A program made the translations under genes and the position numbers. From the NCBI GenBank assembly GCA_964016885.1, contig OZ024760.1, positions 33,666,001 through 33,730,000 of the forward strand: a DNA stretch of 64,000 nucleotides, read 5' to 3'. The DNA comes from Eledone cirrhosa. Its lineage: Eukaryota. Below, one piece after another: positions 1-15,065 of the stretch (positions within the stretch are counted from its first letter, which is position 1; each line of letters begins with the position of its first letter). The notes beneath the pieces were generated by a model, which saw only the letters and a list, made by a program, of their open reading frames with translations, searched no databases and was not told the origin of the DNA.

Positions 1-444
1 ATTCTATGTACTATACATGCACCTTTGATGAGTTGTAGTGCACCTGAGCACTGTACACAATAATTTTCATTATTATTAACATGATAATGGGTTTTTTAGC
101 TTCAGAAAATGTTTTTTAATAGGTGAAAGAAACATTTCCATATATCAGCTAGGACCCCATGGTAGACTGACCCTTAAAATAAGGTGTTTATGAATATTAT
201 AGAACCACTGAAGATCTGGAGCAAAATTAACATTAATTTCATTAAAAAATTAACAGAAAAATTTCAAGAAGTATAATATTGTATTAGAAAGTTCCCCAAA
301 TGAATGTTTTGTTAGTAAATTATATAGAGAATGTATAAGGATTGTCCTACTGTCATTTCCTCACTCTCTATTAGTTTTGTTATGACAGCTCCCACCCCCT
401 CTCCTAGTCCCATACTATAACCTTACTGTGACAGCAAATAAAAA

Positions 445-655
445 CAGACACACACACACACGCAGACACACACAGAGACACACACACACATACACAGACA
501 GACACACACAGACACACACACATACACACACACAGACAGAGACACACACACATACACACACACAGACAGAGACACACAGACACACAGACACACACACATA
601 CACACAGACACACACACACACACACACACAGACACACACATACAGACACACACAA
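445..655. repeat. Degenerate (CA)n/(CAGA) microsatellite; representative of dozens of (TA)n, (CA)n and (GA)n tracts in the window
   Basis: Directly visible; source of most spurious YI/CV/HT ORFs. Confidence 0.95.
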
Positions 656-750
656 AGCAAATTGTTATATGAGAGATGAAATTTAAAAAGGAAACTCTGC
701 TAGATGGAAGCAAAGATAAAAATACTATAAAACAAATAGAAAAAACTTAC

Positions 751-924
751 TGTTACATTTTGGTATTTGGCTCCATTGACCGCTGGTCTGGCATTCAATT
801 GTAGTTGAACCAGTCAACAGATATCCGTTGAAACAACTGTAATTGGCAGAAGAACCATAATCTACCCCCGATGAGGCTTTTATAAAACCATTTTGAATAA
901 CTGGAACATCACCGCAGAGAACTT
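751..924 (-). CDS. Coding exon, Sushi/CCP 2 (VLCGDVPVIQNG...CFNGYLLTG...CQTSGQWSQIPKC)
   Basis: Textbook Sushi domain, phase 1/1, GTAAG donor so the gene continues. Confidence 0.95.
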
Positions 925-1021
925 CTGATAAAGTAAAAGGTTTGGAAAATATGAAAATAAAGAAGAAGGCAAAGAAAGCAAAGAAGAAGAAGAAGAAAAC
1001 AGAAAAGAAGAAGAAGCTTAC

Positions 1022-1219
1022 TTTGACAATGTTGGCTGATATTCCATCGTCCTCCAATTAAGCAGGTGATAACCAGGTGGGTAACGTCAGCATTGGTCTG
1101 GTTAAAGGAATAGCCAGGATTACAGCTAGCGTTGACTACACTACCAAATTCTGTGGCACTCTCCTGGGCAGTGGAGGATCCCAGCTTGGTGAGTAATGTG
1201 TTTTCTAGTGTCAGGCAAT
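1022..1219 (-). CDS. Coding exon, Sushi/CCP 1 (CLTLEN...FGSVVNASCNPGYSF...CLIGGRWNISQHCQ)
   Basis: Four-Cys plus Trp Sushi pattern, phase 1/1; missed by the ORF track. Confidence 0.9.
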
Positions 1220-1243
1220 CTATAATGAAAATAAAGGAGTATA

Positions 1244-1311
<68 letters not shown>

Positions 1312-1789
1312 GAGAAGAAAGAAGAATACTGCGTGGTTGCACATAGGTTACATATGATAAAAATAGTCCTTCGTCAGTGATTTTCCAACCATCATTGGTA
1401 TTTCATCGCATTATATATATATAGTGAAAAGATAACTAGGACGATTGGTTACTCCTCCTTCATTACATTTATTGGTTGGTGACGCGCGTTTCGACACTGA
1501 TCAGCTCAAGGTTCGATCTGTATCGATATTACCCGACTCTGTAATCTGCAGCTCGACGGACTCCTTGAAATGCTAATAGAAATCTGTGTGTGTGTGTGTA
1601 TATATATAAATGTGTGTGTGTTCAGATCTAGCTGTCAAAACAGCCGGAGCTCAGCCGTTGGGGTCCTGAATCTTTTCATATATACAGTATATATCTATAT
1701 ATATATCTCTACGGTTCTTATATATTTGATATATATTTATCCTTATCGAGCCCTCTTTGGATTTTAGTCTTCAAATTTATTATTATTAC

Positions 1790-1919
<130 letters not shown>

Positions 1920-1993
1920 TTAAACAGCTAGATAAATAGATAGACAGACCGAGAGATGGATATGCAGACAAACAGACAGACACATTTTTTTAC

Positions 1994-2135
1994 CTGCTGC
2001 AATTAGAGCTGAAAATCGTCCTTTTGTTTCCAAACCGTCCGATGTGAATTCTACCTGAGCTAATGACTTCCCCGGAGCGGATGGTAGTGTAGTAACCTCC
2101 GATATTTCGGCCATATTTCCGTCTTCATAGGTGAG
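1994..2135 (-). CDS. Coding exon 12, CUB3 C-half (LTYEDG...VEFTSDGLETKGRFSA)
   Basis: F.SD....G.F motif, phase 0/1. Confidence 0.88.
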
Positions 2136-2257
2136 CTGTGGAAATATTACAAGAAATAGTAAAATGGAATACTGCTGGATGACATCGGTAATTACAGGTG
2201 TGTTAGGTGGGAAATACCTCGCCAAGTCTAATTAGTATGTAACGTTTTAATTTTATA

Positions 2258-2889
2258 CAGTATATATATTTTATAGAGTATATATATTTTATAGAGTATA
2301 TATATTTTATAGTATATATATTTTATAGTATATATATTTTATAGAGTATATATATTTTATAGAGTATATATATTTTATAGTATATATATTTTATAGTATA
2401 TATATTTTATAGAGTATATATATTTTATAGAGTATATATATTTTATAGAGTATATATATTTTATAGTATATATATTTTATAGAGTATATATATTTTATAG
2501 AGTATATATATTTTATAGTATATATATTTTATAGAGTATATATATTTTATAGAGTATATATATTTTATAGAGTATATATATTTTATAGTATATATATTTT
2601 ATAGAGTATATATATTTTATAGTATATATATTTTATAGAGTATATATATTTTATAGAGTATATATATTTTATAGAGTATATATATTTTATAGTATATATA
2701 TTTTATAGAGTATATATATTTTATAGAGTATATATATTTTATAGTATATATATTTTATAGTATATATATTTTATAGAGTATATATATTTTATAGTATATA
2801 TATTTTATAGTATATATATTTTATAGAGTATATATATTTTATAGAGTATATATATTTTATAGTATATATATTTTATAGAGTATATATAT
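2258..2889. repeat. Minisatellite of 16/18-bp units TATATATATTTTATAG(AG)
   Basis: Directly visible tandem array. Confidence 0.95.
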
Positions 2890-3264
2890 GTGACTTGTGA
2901 TCCAGTACTTACACATACACACACACACACATACACACACTTACTCACACACACTCACACACACACACCTATACACACACATACTCACACGCACACATAC
3001 TCACACACATACATACACACACATACACACACATATACTCACACACACACATACATACACATACACACACATACTCACACACACACACACACACACACAT
3101 ACTCACACGCACACACATACACATACTCACACATACACACACACACACATATACATAAAGAGAGATAGAGGGAGATTGAGAGAAAGTGAAAGAAAGAGAT
3201 TGAAATATATATATATATACATGCACACAAATATATTTATTTATACACATATATATATAGCCAT

Positions 3265-3311
<47 letters not shown>

Positions 3312-3439
3312 CACACACATATATGTATACATATACACATACACATATACAGACACTTTACCTATGGCGAGTGTTTTCGCGTATGCTTGTGTATGCAATA
3401 TATGCATGCGTGTATGTATTTATTTAATTTCTATTACCT

Positions 3440-4199
<760 letters not shown>

Positions 4200-4297
4200 T
4201 ACACATTATATATATTTGTATGTATGTATATATATATATATACACATATAAAGGGGGGGGGGGTATATAGAGCAATGCTAAAATCAATGGAACCTAC

Positions 4298-4491
4298 CAG
4301 TAAGGAGTTGTTGGTTTCTGGGTAAACGTTGTTAAAGATGATACCAAACTTCCTGTTGTGAACTTCATATTTTGGAATAGTCCATTTACAGGAGACATTT
4401 TGGGCAGGGGTAACACTGTTGTTGGGTTGTACCAAGTTAAATCCAGGAGAACTTATACTCGCCAGATTAGATTCTAATTCCATATCACAAC
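4298..4491 (-). CDS. Coding exon 11, CUB3 N-half ([17 protein letters not shown]...CKWTIP)
   Basis: CUB ISSPGF and C.W.I motifs, phase 1/0. Confidence 0.9.
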
Positions 4492-4929
4492 CTGATTAAA
4501 AAATGGAAATAAATGATTTTGAAATGAAGGGTTTGGGGAAATTATGACAATTATTATTGTCTTCTTCTTTTCACCAATTTACTCAGGGAGAGTCGTGGGT
4601 GCAGAGTACTCAGGGATGAGAGGCAGATTCCTCAGGGGTGAAGACATAGCCCTCAGAGGAGAGGGGAAGATTTCTCTAGGGCGGGGACAGAGTCTTCCAG
4701 GAGTGGGGTCAGATTCCTCAGGGGTGCTCCTATCAGAAGCATCTGTCTTCAATTGATCCGGCTGTGATATAGGAGGGAGGGATGCTAGAGATGTGATATA
4801 GGAAGGAAAATGAAGAAAAAGAATGAAGAAAAAAAAAAAAAAGAAGGCTAAGAAGAAGAGCAAAACGTAGGGAATAAGTAAAACATTTAACAATTTGTAG
4901 GAATGTTGAGTTATTTAAACCCGCCCGCG

Positions 4930-5075
4930 CCTGCATTCCCTGCACCACCACCCTACAACGCCACCCCATCCCCTGCACCACCACCCTACAACGCCACCCC
5001 ATCCCCTGCACCACCACCCTACAACACCATCCCATCCCCTGCACCACCACCCTACAACCCCACCCCCATCCACTG
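4930..5075. repeat. 33-bp C-rich tandem repeat (cctgcaccaccaccctacaacgccaccccatcc), ~4 copies, intronic
   Basis: Directly visible. Confidence 0.85.
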
Positions 5076-5143
5076 CACCACCACCATACAAAACACCCTG
5101 TACCCCCCCTGCAAAAAACAAAAAAAAACAAAATCAATATTAC

Positions 5144-5339
5144 CTTCACTGTAGAAAAGGACGAGATCTGCACGAGATGTGGCCGTGGTGGTGTGTAGAC
5201 ATATATGAACATCTTCAGAATGTGAAACTAACCACGTGGTCATGTTAAGGTCAGTTAAATTGGCCACAATATTTGACAGATTGCCGTAGCTGATGGTCAA
5301 ATAACCAGAGTTATCTACCTTGAATTCCACAACTTGAAG
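5144..5339 (-). CDS. Coding exon 10, CUB2 C-half ([19 protein letters not shown]...LFYSE)
   Basis: Canonical splice sites, phase 0/1. Confidence 0.82.
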
Positions 5340-5424
5340 CTGAATAAATAAATAAACAAAGAATGGAAATAAAATAAATAAAAACCAAGTCAAATAGGAA
5401 AGAAGATACCGCTGCAGCCAAACC

Positions 5425-5529
<105 letters not shown>

Positions 5530-5838
5530 TATACGTATATATACATATATATATATGAATGTATATATATATACACACACACGCACCACACCCACATATA
5601 TATATATAGATGTATGTATATATATATATATACAGGAAAAGAGTCAGGACCCCGACGGCTGAGCTCCGGCCGTTTCGACAGCTAGATCCGAACGCTAGAT
5701 CAGTTCGGATCTAGTTGTCGAAAATGCCGGAGCTCAGCCGTCGGGGTCCTGACTTTTTTCCTATTACCCACTCTACTACCCTAAGTATCGAGTACTCTGG
5801 TGCGTTATGGTCCACCTGGTTCCTTGCCACACTTCCTT

Positions 5839-5910
<72 letters not shown>

Positions 5911-5954
5911 TGTATATATAGTGTATTTTGCAATACACTGTATGCTTAATTAAA

Positions 5955-6161
5955 AGCATTTTGAAGACCATACGCTATTGTTTTAAAATAGTGACAATGT
6001 CACTTATTTAAATTTTCAGCAAACAGGGGAGATAAACTGACAGAGCTCTGAGCTTTGATAAGCTCAGAGCTCTGTCAGTTTATCTCCCCTGTTTGCTGAA
6101 AATTTAAATAAGTGACATTGTCACTATTTTAAAACAATAGCGTATGGTCTTCAAAATGCTT
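5955..6161. repeat. Near-perfect hairpin, ~100-bp arms with ~6-nt spacer
   Basis: 5955-6054 is the reverse complement of 6061-6161. Confidence 0.9.
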
Positions 6162-6255
6162 GTATTCTCAGTCGCTTCACGCCATGAAACCGGGATAAGC
6201 ACCGGCCAAATGATCCTTCTGGCTTAAGACAGACCTTTTATATATATATATATAT

Positions 6256-7664
6256 ATATACTATAAAGCTGACGGCTAGGTAACAAACTTTCCGCCAAAC
6301 GGCTGGACCAAACAGCACCAAATTTGCACCATAGATGTAACTTTTTCCAAGTAAAAACGTAAGGGTATTTTTGTCTACTGAATTTTGTTAAAAGGTTAAA
6401 GACATTATTTAAATATTCACTTCTTTATAATGTCAAATGTCAACACTTCCGGTTATACGTCATTCCTCACTTTTTCTTATGAGGTCACACAACATTCCCC
6501 TCTTTTTCTTAGTCTGTCTTTTTAGATAGATACATAGCTATAACGTAGTGCCCTTATAATATGTCTCTGTATGTCTGACTGTCTGCATTAGATAACGTTT
6601 TTCGAAATATTTACTTCTGCGTTCACAGACGGATTCTTTTAGTTAAGGGTGAAAGCAGCGATTCTTTGCTTAAACTTTAATGTTATTTTAATATATATAT
6701 ATTCGTGTACAGATATTTTTGCATACACAAAAACAAAAAGCTATTTATTTCACGAAAGCACAGACGGCTTATCGTCATTGTTACTGTTCGAGGTTAGAGG
6801 ACCACAGTCTTTCCAAGATCTGAGAACCATCAATGGCCATCAATATTCCAGTTACCGTATGGCTTGCCAGAAGCGTGGTATGTTACACGATGACAGCCAT
6901 TGGCACCTCACCCTGCAAGAGGCAACAACTGCTAAAGTCCCTTCTCAGCTGCGAAAACCTTTGGCTATTATGCTGCACAACTGCGATCTCGCCGACCGTT
7001 TCGCACTGTGGGACAACCACCGCAAAATTTTAGCTGAGGACATCCTCCACCGCACACGCAGACACAATCCAAACGTAACATACGATGTCGATTTCAATGA
7101 GGCGCTCATTTGTGTCGAAAACAGTGTCCAGGAGATTGGTGGTAGGCCTCTAAGTCACTACAGCTTACCTGTTCCTAACAGGAGTGTCCAGAGGTCAACG
7201 TCTACAAAGCTTCTCCGCGAGACGAGCTACGAAATCAGTGATTCTCCCATGGTCAATTGTATGTAGGATGCTCTAGGGTGAGCTCGCCAAACAATCTCTT
7301 CATCTTTGCTCCGGAGGGCCGAACAAGAAATATTGTATACTCTGAGGCTCTAGCAATGTAACTTAAATATTTTCTGTTACTTGGAATTTCCATTAAGGTT
7401 GTACAAATTATTGTTTGTTAAAAAATGTGTCCTCTGTTCAGCCTTTATTGTTGTAACTATCAATTTTCTTTAACGTACTAGCTGCTGAACTGGGGAATCC
7501 TAAAAAATTATTCCAACCCAACATCAGAGCACGTTAACCTCCTCCCCTCTCTGACTAGAGAGGGCGTGCGGTATCTTTGCACTAGAGTGGAAGGGGAGCG
7601 GGGGATTTCTGAAAAAATAAAATGCCGGTATACCTATCCGAGCACCAGCCGGACGGGCCATCTA

Positions 7665-7665
<1 letters not shown>
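6256..7665 (+). mobile_element. Internally deleted Helitron
   Basis: RepHel linker peptide (LLLFEVRGPQSFQDLRTING...) fused to the Pif1 C-terminal motif FSHGQLYVGCSRV...TRNIVYSEAL at 7242-7361; GC-rich subterminal stem then CTAG at 7662-7665 followed by T; flanked by (TA)n. Confidence 0.85.
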
Positions 7666-7704
<39 letters not shown>

Positions 7705-8026
7705 AACAACGAACAGCGGAGGACACGTTTCGCACATTTTCGACAGACCCCCCCCCCCCCCCCCCCGGAAAAAAACCCAGTTGATGGATGTGAATCCGAA
7801 ATATATAGGGACAATTAAATCTCTCCCAAGGTAACTCTATCTCGTGTTGTTATTTTTATTTTTATTTTTATCCTTTACGCTCTTTCCTTCATTCCCCTAC
7901 ACGCTACAGTCTTATACACGCCACGCATCTCAACGTACACCCACTTACATCTCTCTCTCCACCACCGGATCTTGTTACCCGGAGATTTACCCATCTGCAT
8001 TGTCGAGGCTTCCAAACGACTTAAAG

Positions 8027-8107
<81 letters not shown>

Positions 8108-8151
8108 ACCATTGATTTCAGGGTAGAAGTAACATAAATCTCAGGTGTTAC

Positions 8152-8300
8152 CTTTAAGTTGATGACAGGTGCTGAAGTTGCTTTGATGTGCCAACATTGG
8201 TTGGTGTTCAATAAGATATCAGCTGGTACATTAACCTCCAATTTCTCTGGAGTCACTTCGGCACTCAGAAGTATTGAGTCCGATCTCAGACTTTGAATAT
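8152..8300 (-). CDS. Coding exon 9, divergent CUB2 N-half (...NQCWHIKATSAPVINLK)
   Basis: Canonical splice sites, phase 1/0, open frame. Confidence 0.82.
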
Positions 8301-9859
8301 CTGAAACAACAAATGAAAGAAATTTGATATTTAGTTAATCTTTTTTTTTCCTGTTCACAATTTTTTTTATGATGTCAACTATATTTTATATGTCATGTCA
8401 ACTATATTTTATATGTCCTGTCAACTATATTTTATGTCATGTCAACTATATTTTATATGTCAACTATATTTTATTAACAGAAGTTATACTATGATAGAGA
8501 CATGAAAAAAACAAAGATAAAAACAAAATTAAGTAATGAAAAGAGGGGGGGGGGGGATAAAGAAGGACAGATCTGGTAGTTTGGGAAAATAAATGCTATG
8601 AGAGGAAAAAGAAGGAGAAAGCAAGGACTATTAGGCCACAGAAAAAAGGGAGGGAAGGAGAGAGGGTGGTGGGCTCATTATCTAGGGTGGTGGGGATGGG
8701 CATTGTTTCGACTGCGCCCCACGAACAAAATTTCAAAGGCAACTGTCGACGTGGCTTCCGTGATACAATAAATATATAGAGTTTATCGTTATTTCCTCAA
8801 ACAACAGAATAGAGAGTTGGAGGGGCGTCCTATCGACATACGGCGTTTCTGGGGCGTTTCTTAAAACATGGTAAAGCCCATCTCCTCTCCTGGCTTAAAT
8901 ACAGTAAATTTTTTACAAATTATTCCAACGAAGGGCAGAGAGAGAAAGAGAGAAAGTAAGAATGAGATATAGAGGAAGACTCAGACCCAGTACTAGACTG
9001 GTATATATATATTTTTTTTTATCGAGCTCGAAAGGATAAAAGGCAAAGTTGACCTCAGCGGGATTTGAACTGAGAGAGTAGAGGGCCGGAACAAATACCA
9101 GAAAGCATTACATCTGCTAATTCGACAGAGTAGGAAACCGCCGTCTTCTATCATATATTGTGATCAGCTCCCTAGTCTGTCGTTTTTCTTCACCAAATCC
9201 AAGCGAGGGCATCACGCCTGATGAAAGAACTTCACGATGACGAATGGCAGGTGTAGCGGGTATCGCTGGCTGTCGTCTGCGCAACGCTTTCACATCATCT
9301 CAGCCAAGTATAGCTGAAATATACCGCCCAGGCACGAGGGGAGAGTTATTTCCCCTTTCTATTTATCTCCCCTTAGTTCCCTTTTCCATCAGTTTTCTCT
9401 CAGTGTCATATTATCCGACGCTCTACCAATTATGACAACCAGACAATAAGATCACAAATGTGAAGGTTACTTCATACAAGGGGAACAACTACAGCTGACT
9501 ACATACGCACAGATAGAAAATTAAAACCATCTAAGATAATTTAAAATTCAAGGGGAATAATTCAGATATTTAACTAACAAATATTTTTTTTAAATGAAGC
9601 CTTGCTATGAATAGAAGGGAGTGGTGTGGCTTAGTGGTTAGGTAGGGTCTTCGGCTCTCGATAGTAAGGTAGTGCGTTCGATTCCCACCAGATCTTTATT
9701 TCTTGTTCCTCTAGTCCACCCATCTGGCTAATAAATTAGTTGTATCACACACAATGTGTCATGCTGAATCTCCCTGAGAATTACGTTAAGTGTACACGTG
9801 TCTGTGGCTGTAACCAATACAAGAATAAAAGAATAAACAAACAGACATTCCTAGCTTAC

Positions 9860-10064
9860 CGTTAGTCCATTCCAACTTGAATCCTTGTGCGACGTGGCTG
9901 TGATCTGTGTACAACTGGACGAAGGCCCTGTTGGTCAGTGAATAAACTATCTTTTGTTTGTGTTTACCGGTCAACTGTTCCACGAGGGTACTCTCTGAGA
10001 AGCTGTCAGACCCAGAGTAAACCTTCACAAAATCTGCATTCTCTTCCAAATCGAAATCTGAAAA
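9860..10064 (-). CDS. Coding exon 8, CUB1 C-half (FSDFDLEENADFVKVY...TDHSHVAQGFKLEW)
   Basis: CUB FDLE..D.V and TD.S...GF motifs, phase 0/1. Confidence 0.95.
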
Positions 10065-10989
10065 CTGCAAAGAGAAGAAATAATAATGGTTTCGTGGTTT
10101 GTAATTTAAACACAAGGCTGGTAAAGTCGATTAAATTGACATCAGTTTTTGACTGGTACTGGTGCGAAAATAAGAAAGGCAAAGTTGACCTCGGTGGGAT
10201 TGGAACTCAGAGATATGGAATGAATGGTGCCTGAATACACGTGTTATTCTCTCTCCGTTTCTTCCTCTACTCACCCTCTATCTTTCTATTTCTCATTCTA
10301 CTTTCAGATGAAGGACTACTGTGATAAACGTTAAGAACATTTTCTTACTATATCAAGCGTTAAACTAATATATTTATTTTTCGTACTGTGTTGTTTGTTT
10401 TGTTATTTCTGTTTACGTTTTGTATATATATATATATAAATTAATAAAAATAATGAATAAAAACAAAGAAACAGTTCCTTATATTAAAAAATTCATCATT
10501 TTACGATCGTTTCTAGGATATATATATATATGTGTGTGTGTACTAGGTTCAAGCTTATTAGCTATCGTCAGCAACGTATACCTTCCTGCCAGATGATTGA
10601 ACGTCTAAAAGTATATACTTTCCTTATGCATATTAACGGCTGAACATCCTAATTTGCATATCGAGTGAGTTAATCGGCCGAAAACGATAAATGGAAAAAA
10701 TGAAACGAAATTTCATTTCTCACTCTTAGTACGGCTGTTACTTAAATATAAGTATATATACGTACATACATATATGTATACAGACGTACAGTAGTATGTA
10801 TATATATATACATACATGCACACATATATATATGTACGTATGGATTCACCGAACATTTATTATAATGCGTGGTGTGTTTTTAAACAAACATCCCAAATTA
10901 AGCCGTAGTGTCTAGCAACCATCGTTGCTTATTTGTTCAACACTGACAATATATACTTTCAGACGTTCAATCATCTGGCAGGAAGGTAT

Positions 10990-11032
10990 ACGTTGCTGAC
11001 GATAGCTAATATGCTTGAAACTAGTACAGCGT
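10990..11032 (+). ncRNA. Type I hammerhead ribozyme (inverted mutated partner at 10541-10577)
   Basis: cgttg CTGACGA T-AGC-taatat-GCT-T GAAA CTAG TA cagcg. Confidence 0.75.
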
Positions 11033-11329
11033 TCCTTTGTCGTATATACTGTATATATATATATATATACAAGTGTGTGTGTGTACATATATATATGGGT
11101 GCCTGTGATCTATATACAGTGCTCACACACACACATACATACACACACACACAGAGGGAAAGAGTTTGTTGCTCTAGTGAGAGAGGGGGAATTGAAAGAG
11201 AGTGAGGTATGTAGTGGTATAGAGTGAGGGGGAGAGAGTTTGTTGGTTTAGTGAGAGAGAGAGGTTATTGTGAGAGTGAGAGAGGGGGAATTGTGAGGGA
11301 GAGTGAGGTATATAGTGGGATATATATTT

Positions 11330-12738
11330 CTATTTATTTGCCACCAGGGCATCAAAGATTGGGACAAATACAAAGGGGGGAGTTTAAATACATTTAAAAA
11401 GACGTGTAAAAAACATATAACAAATTAAATTTAACAATCGATGTCCTCAACAGGGAGGGGCGTTGACAAGGGTCGTACACACCCCCGAAAAAATGTGCAA
11501 CCCTCCTCTTCGGGAGCACAAAGAGCGGGTGCTTCCTTCCTCTTCTCATTCGTCTCCTCTCTCACCTACAGGCTGATATAGAGAGAAGGCCCAGTCACTC
11601 GGGCCATTCTCGCTACTTTCACCCATCTTTCATAAAACTTGCTGGGGTAGAGGACCTCTCTCTCCATTCTGATCCTTCTTCTAAAGTGGTACTTGAAAAA
11701 AAAGACCAGTTGTTGGCCGGAGAGAAAGGTGTCTGACCTCAGCCCTTTCAACCTTGTCCACCATACAACTTCTTTCGCCATGGCTATCACACAGAGGAAA
11801 ACCGCCTCTCCTTCGTTTTTGAAAGGGGGAGGCGGTTTGATCGTGACAATGTTCTCGGTGGTCAACCGGATTGGTCCCACCTGCGACAGTAGTCGTTCTA
11901 CATAGCCCCACAGGTCAGCAACGCCCGGGCAGTGTACGAATGCGTGTGCAACGGTTTCCTCGTCACGCACGCATCTTGGACAGATCTTCTTCGAGGGTTC
12001 CCTACCCGGGCGCCCGTGTCTGTAGAGCTTGTCCCGAACGGGTAGAGCTCCTCGGTAACATTGCCAAGCCAGGGACTTTTGGAAGTTGTCCATCGGTCCC
12101 GGGCCAAACGTCCTACCGAACAGACTGGCCAGCTCGTCTTCCTCCATGCCCAGAGCCTCTCCGAGAGCGTCGTCGCACTTACTGCGAACCAACCCTCTAT
12201 AGAATGTCGAGGTGGAGTCTCCACTGATTGCCGGGTCCGCTTGCCAGAGGGCCGTGAGCGCCTGGGCACATTCAATGTGCCAGTCGCCCACGTTTTTCGG
12301 TCTTTGCTTGACCCAGGATTGCAGCTCGGTGAATGAGACGAGTCTCGGAAAGGCTCGCCTCACAAACAGGGCCCACACCGGCTGACCGGTGAGGAATACC
12401 TGGAGGTGCCGTAGCCTTAATGCGTGTCTACGCATCGTCAGCCACGGCACCCCCAGCCCTCCGTTCGAAGGGTGTTGACAGCAGATGGATCTTCTCACCA
12501 AAGGAGCCCGCTTCTTCCAAAGAAATCGGAAGAGCGCACGCTCCATTTTGGCGAGTGTTTTCTCTGGGCAAGGCACGACGGTCAAGCGGTAGTAGATGAC
12601 AGACGCTATATAAGCGTTCGCCACCTCCGCTCGACCTTTCAGGGATAGTTTGCACTCGGCCCACTTCTGGGCGAGTGCAAACACCTTGCCCGTTACCTCG
12701 TCCCAGTTTTTCTCCACTCCACCTGGAGGTCCGGTCCT
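11330..12738 (-). mobile_element. 5'-truncated Tx1/L1-type LINE (ORF2 C-terminus 11566-12717 plus 3'UTR)
   Basis: LSLKGRA..., GGLGVP, and CPRC...ETVAHAFVHC zinc knuckle. Confidence 0.88.
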
Positions 12739-13124
12739 ATGTAGTTGGATATAGAGAGGGCGAGAGAGTTTATTGGTTTAGTGAGAGAGGGAAATGTTGG
12801 TCTAGTGAGAGAGTGAGGCATGTAGCGGTATTTAGAGAGGGTGAGAAAGGTATAATGTTTTATTGAGAGAGGGGTAATATTTTGAGAGAGAGAGAGTGAC
12901 AAAATAATTATATGAGGGAAGAAAAATGTTTTGATATTTGTTTCACAGTAAAGTGGTTATTTATATGAGTGTGTGTTTATATGTATATATATATATATAT
13001 GTGTGTGTGTTTATATACATATATGTGTGCGTGTTTGAATGTTTCTATATATGTGTGTGTGTTTTGTTTATACGTATGTATATATGTGTGTGTGTGTGTC
13101 TATGTATCTATATACATATATATA

Positions 13125-13191
13125 CAGAGCGTCCCCCCAAAATGTATACACACTGATTGAATGTTGTGTGTGTATTTTTGGGGACACCCTG
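13125..13191. mobile_element. Tiny Tc1/mariner-type MITE
   Basis: TA-cagagcgtccccccaaaat ... atttttggggacaccctg-TA imperfect TIRs. Confidence 0.65.
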
Positions 13192-13552
13192 TATATATAT
13201 ATATGGGAGTGTAAATATCTATCTATATATATCTATATATAGTAGACCGCCCGTGACCTATTGGACCACGTTCACTTAAAAATAATTTGTAAATAATTTA
13301 AATACACACACACATATATATATGTACATATATATAAGTGACGGTGATGAATTTGTGTTGCAAGGTTTTTTATATGAAATCGTGTGTTGAAACAAATATT
13401 GTTATATTTGGGGAGGGTCATATTGTTATAATATTGCCAGAAATATATAACACACTCATTGTTTGGTTTGGGTTGGTTTTCGCTTCTATATATTTTATAT
13501 CCCTATAGTTAATTTAGCTGGCAATCAATGTTTATCATTGATTGACCGACAG

Positions 13553-13618
<66 letters not shown>

Positions 13619-13724
13619 ATTTACATATACACAAACTAGACAAAGTCACAGATATATATGTGTTTTGGTAACCATTCACGATGTGGCTCAATGATGAATT
13701 AATAAATTAAATAATCAGAGCAAT

Positions 13725-14734
<1,010 letters not shown>

Positions 14735-14891
14735 CGTCCTCATCAGATAAAATAAGATGATGCATGACATACCCTGACATAGTACTGTTGAACTTAACTC
14801 AGTACCTCTGAAATATGTATATATATATATATATAGGGAATGTAATCAATAAATGTAATGAAGGAGTAACCAATCGTCCTTGTTATCTTTT

Positions 14892-14950
<59 letters not shown>

Positions 14951-15065
14951 TAAGTATATATGAAATTTCGTTTCATTTTTTCCGTTTATATATATATACA
15001 GAAGCGAAAATCAACATCAACTTAACACAAAGAGTGAGTATGTTTTATTATATATTTCTAGCAAT

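Noticed and set aside
400-440. Possible short terminal exon after Sushi 2
   Set aside because: A cag acceptor exists but gives a stop after three codons; no further support.
4579-4760. Pro/Glu/Ser-rich ORF (TPEESDPTPG)
   Set aside because: Short degenerate repeat in an intron; flanking exons already join in phase.
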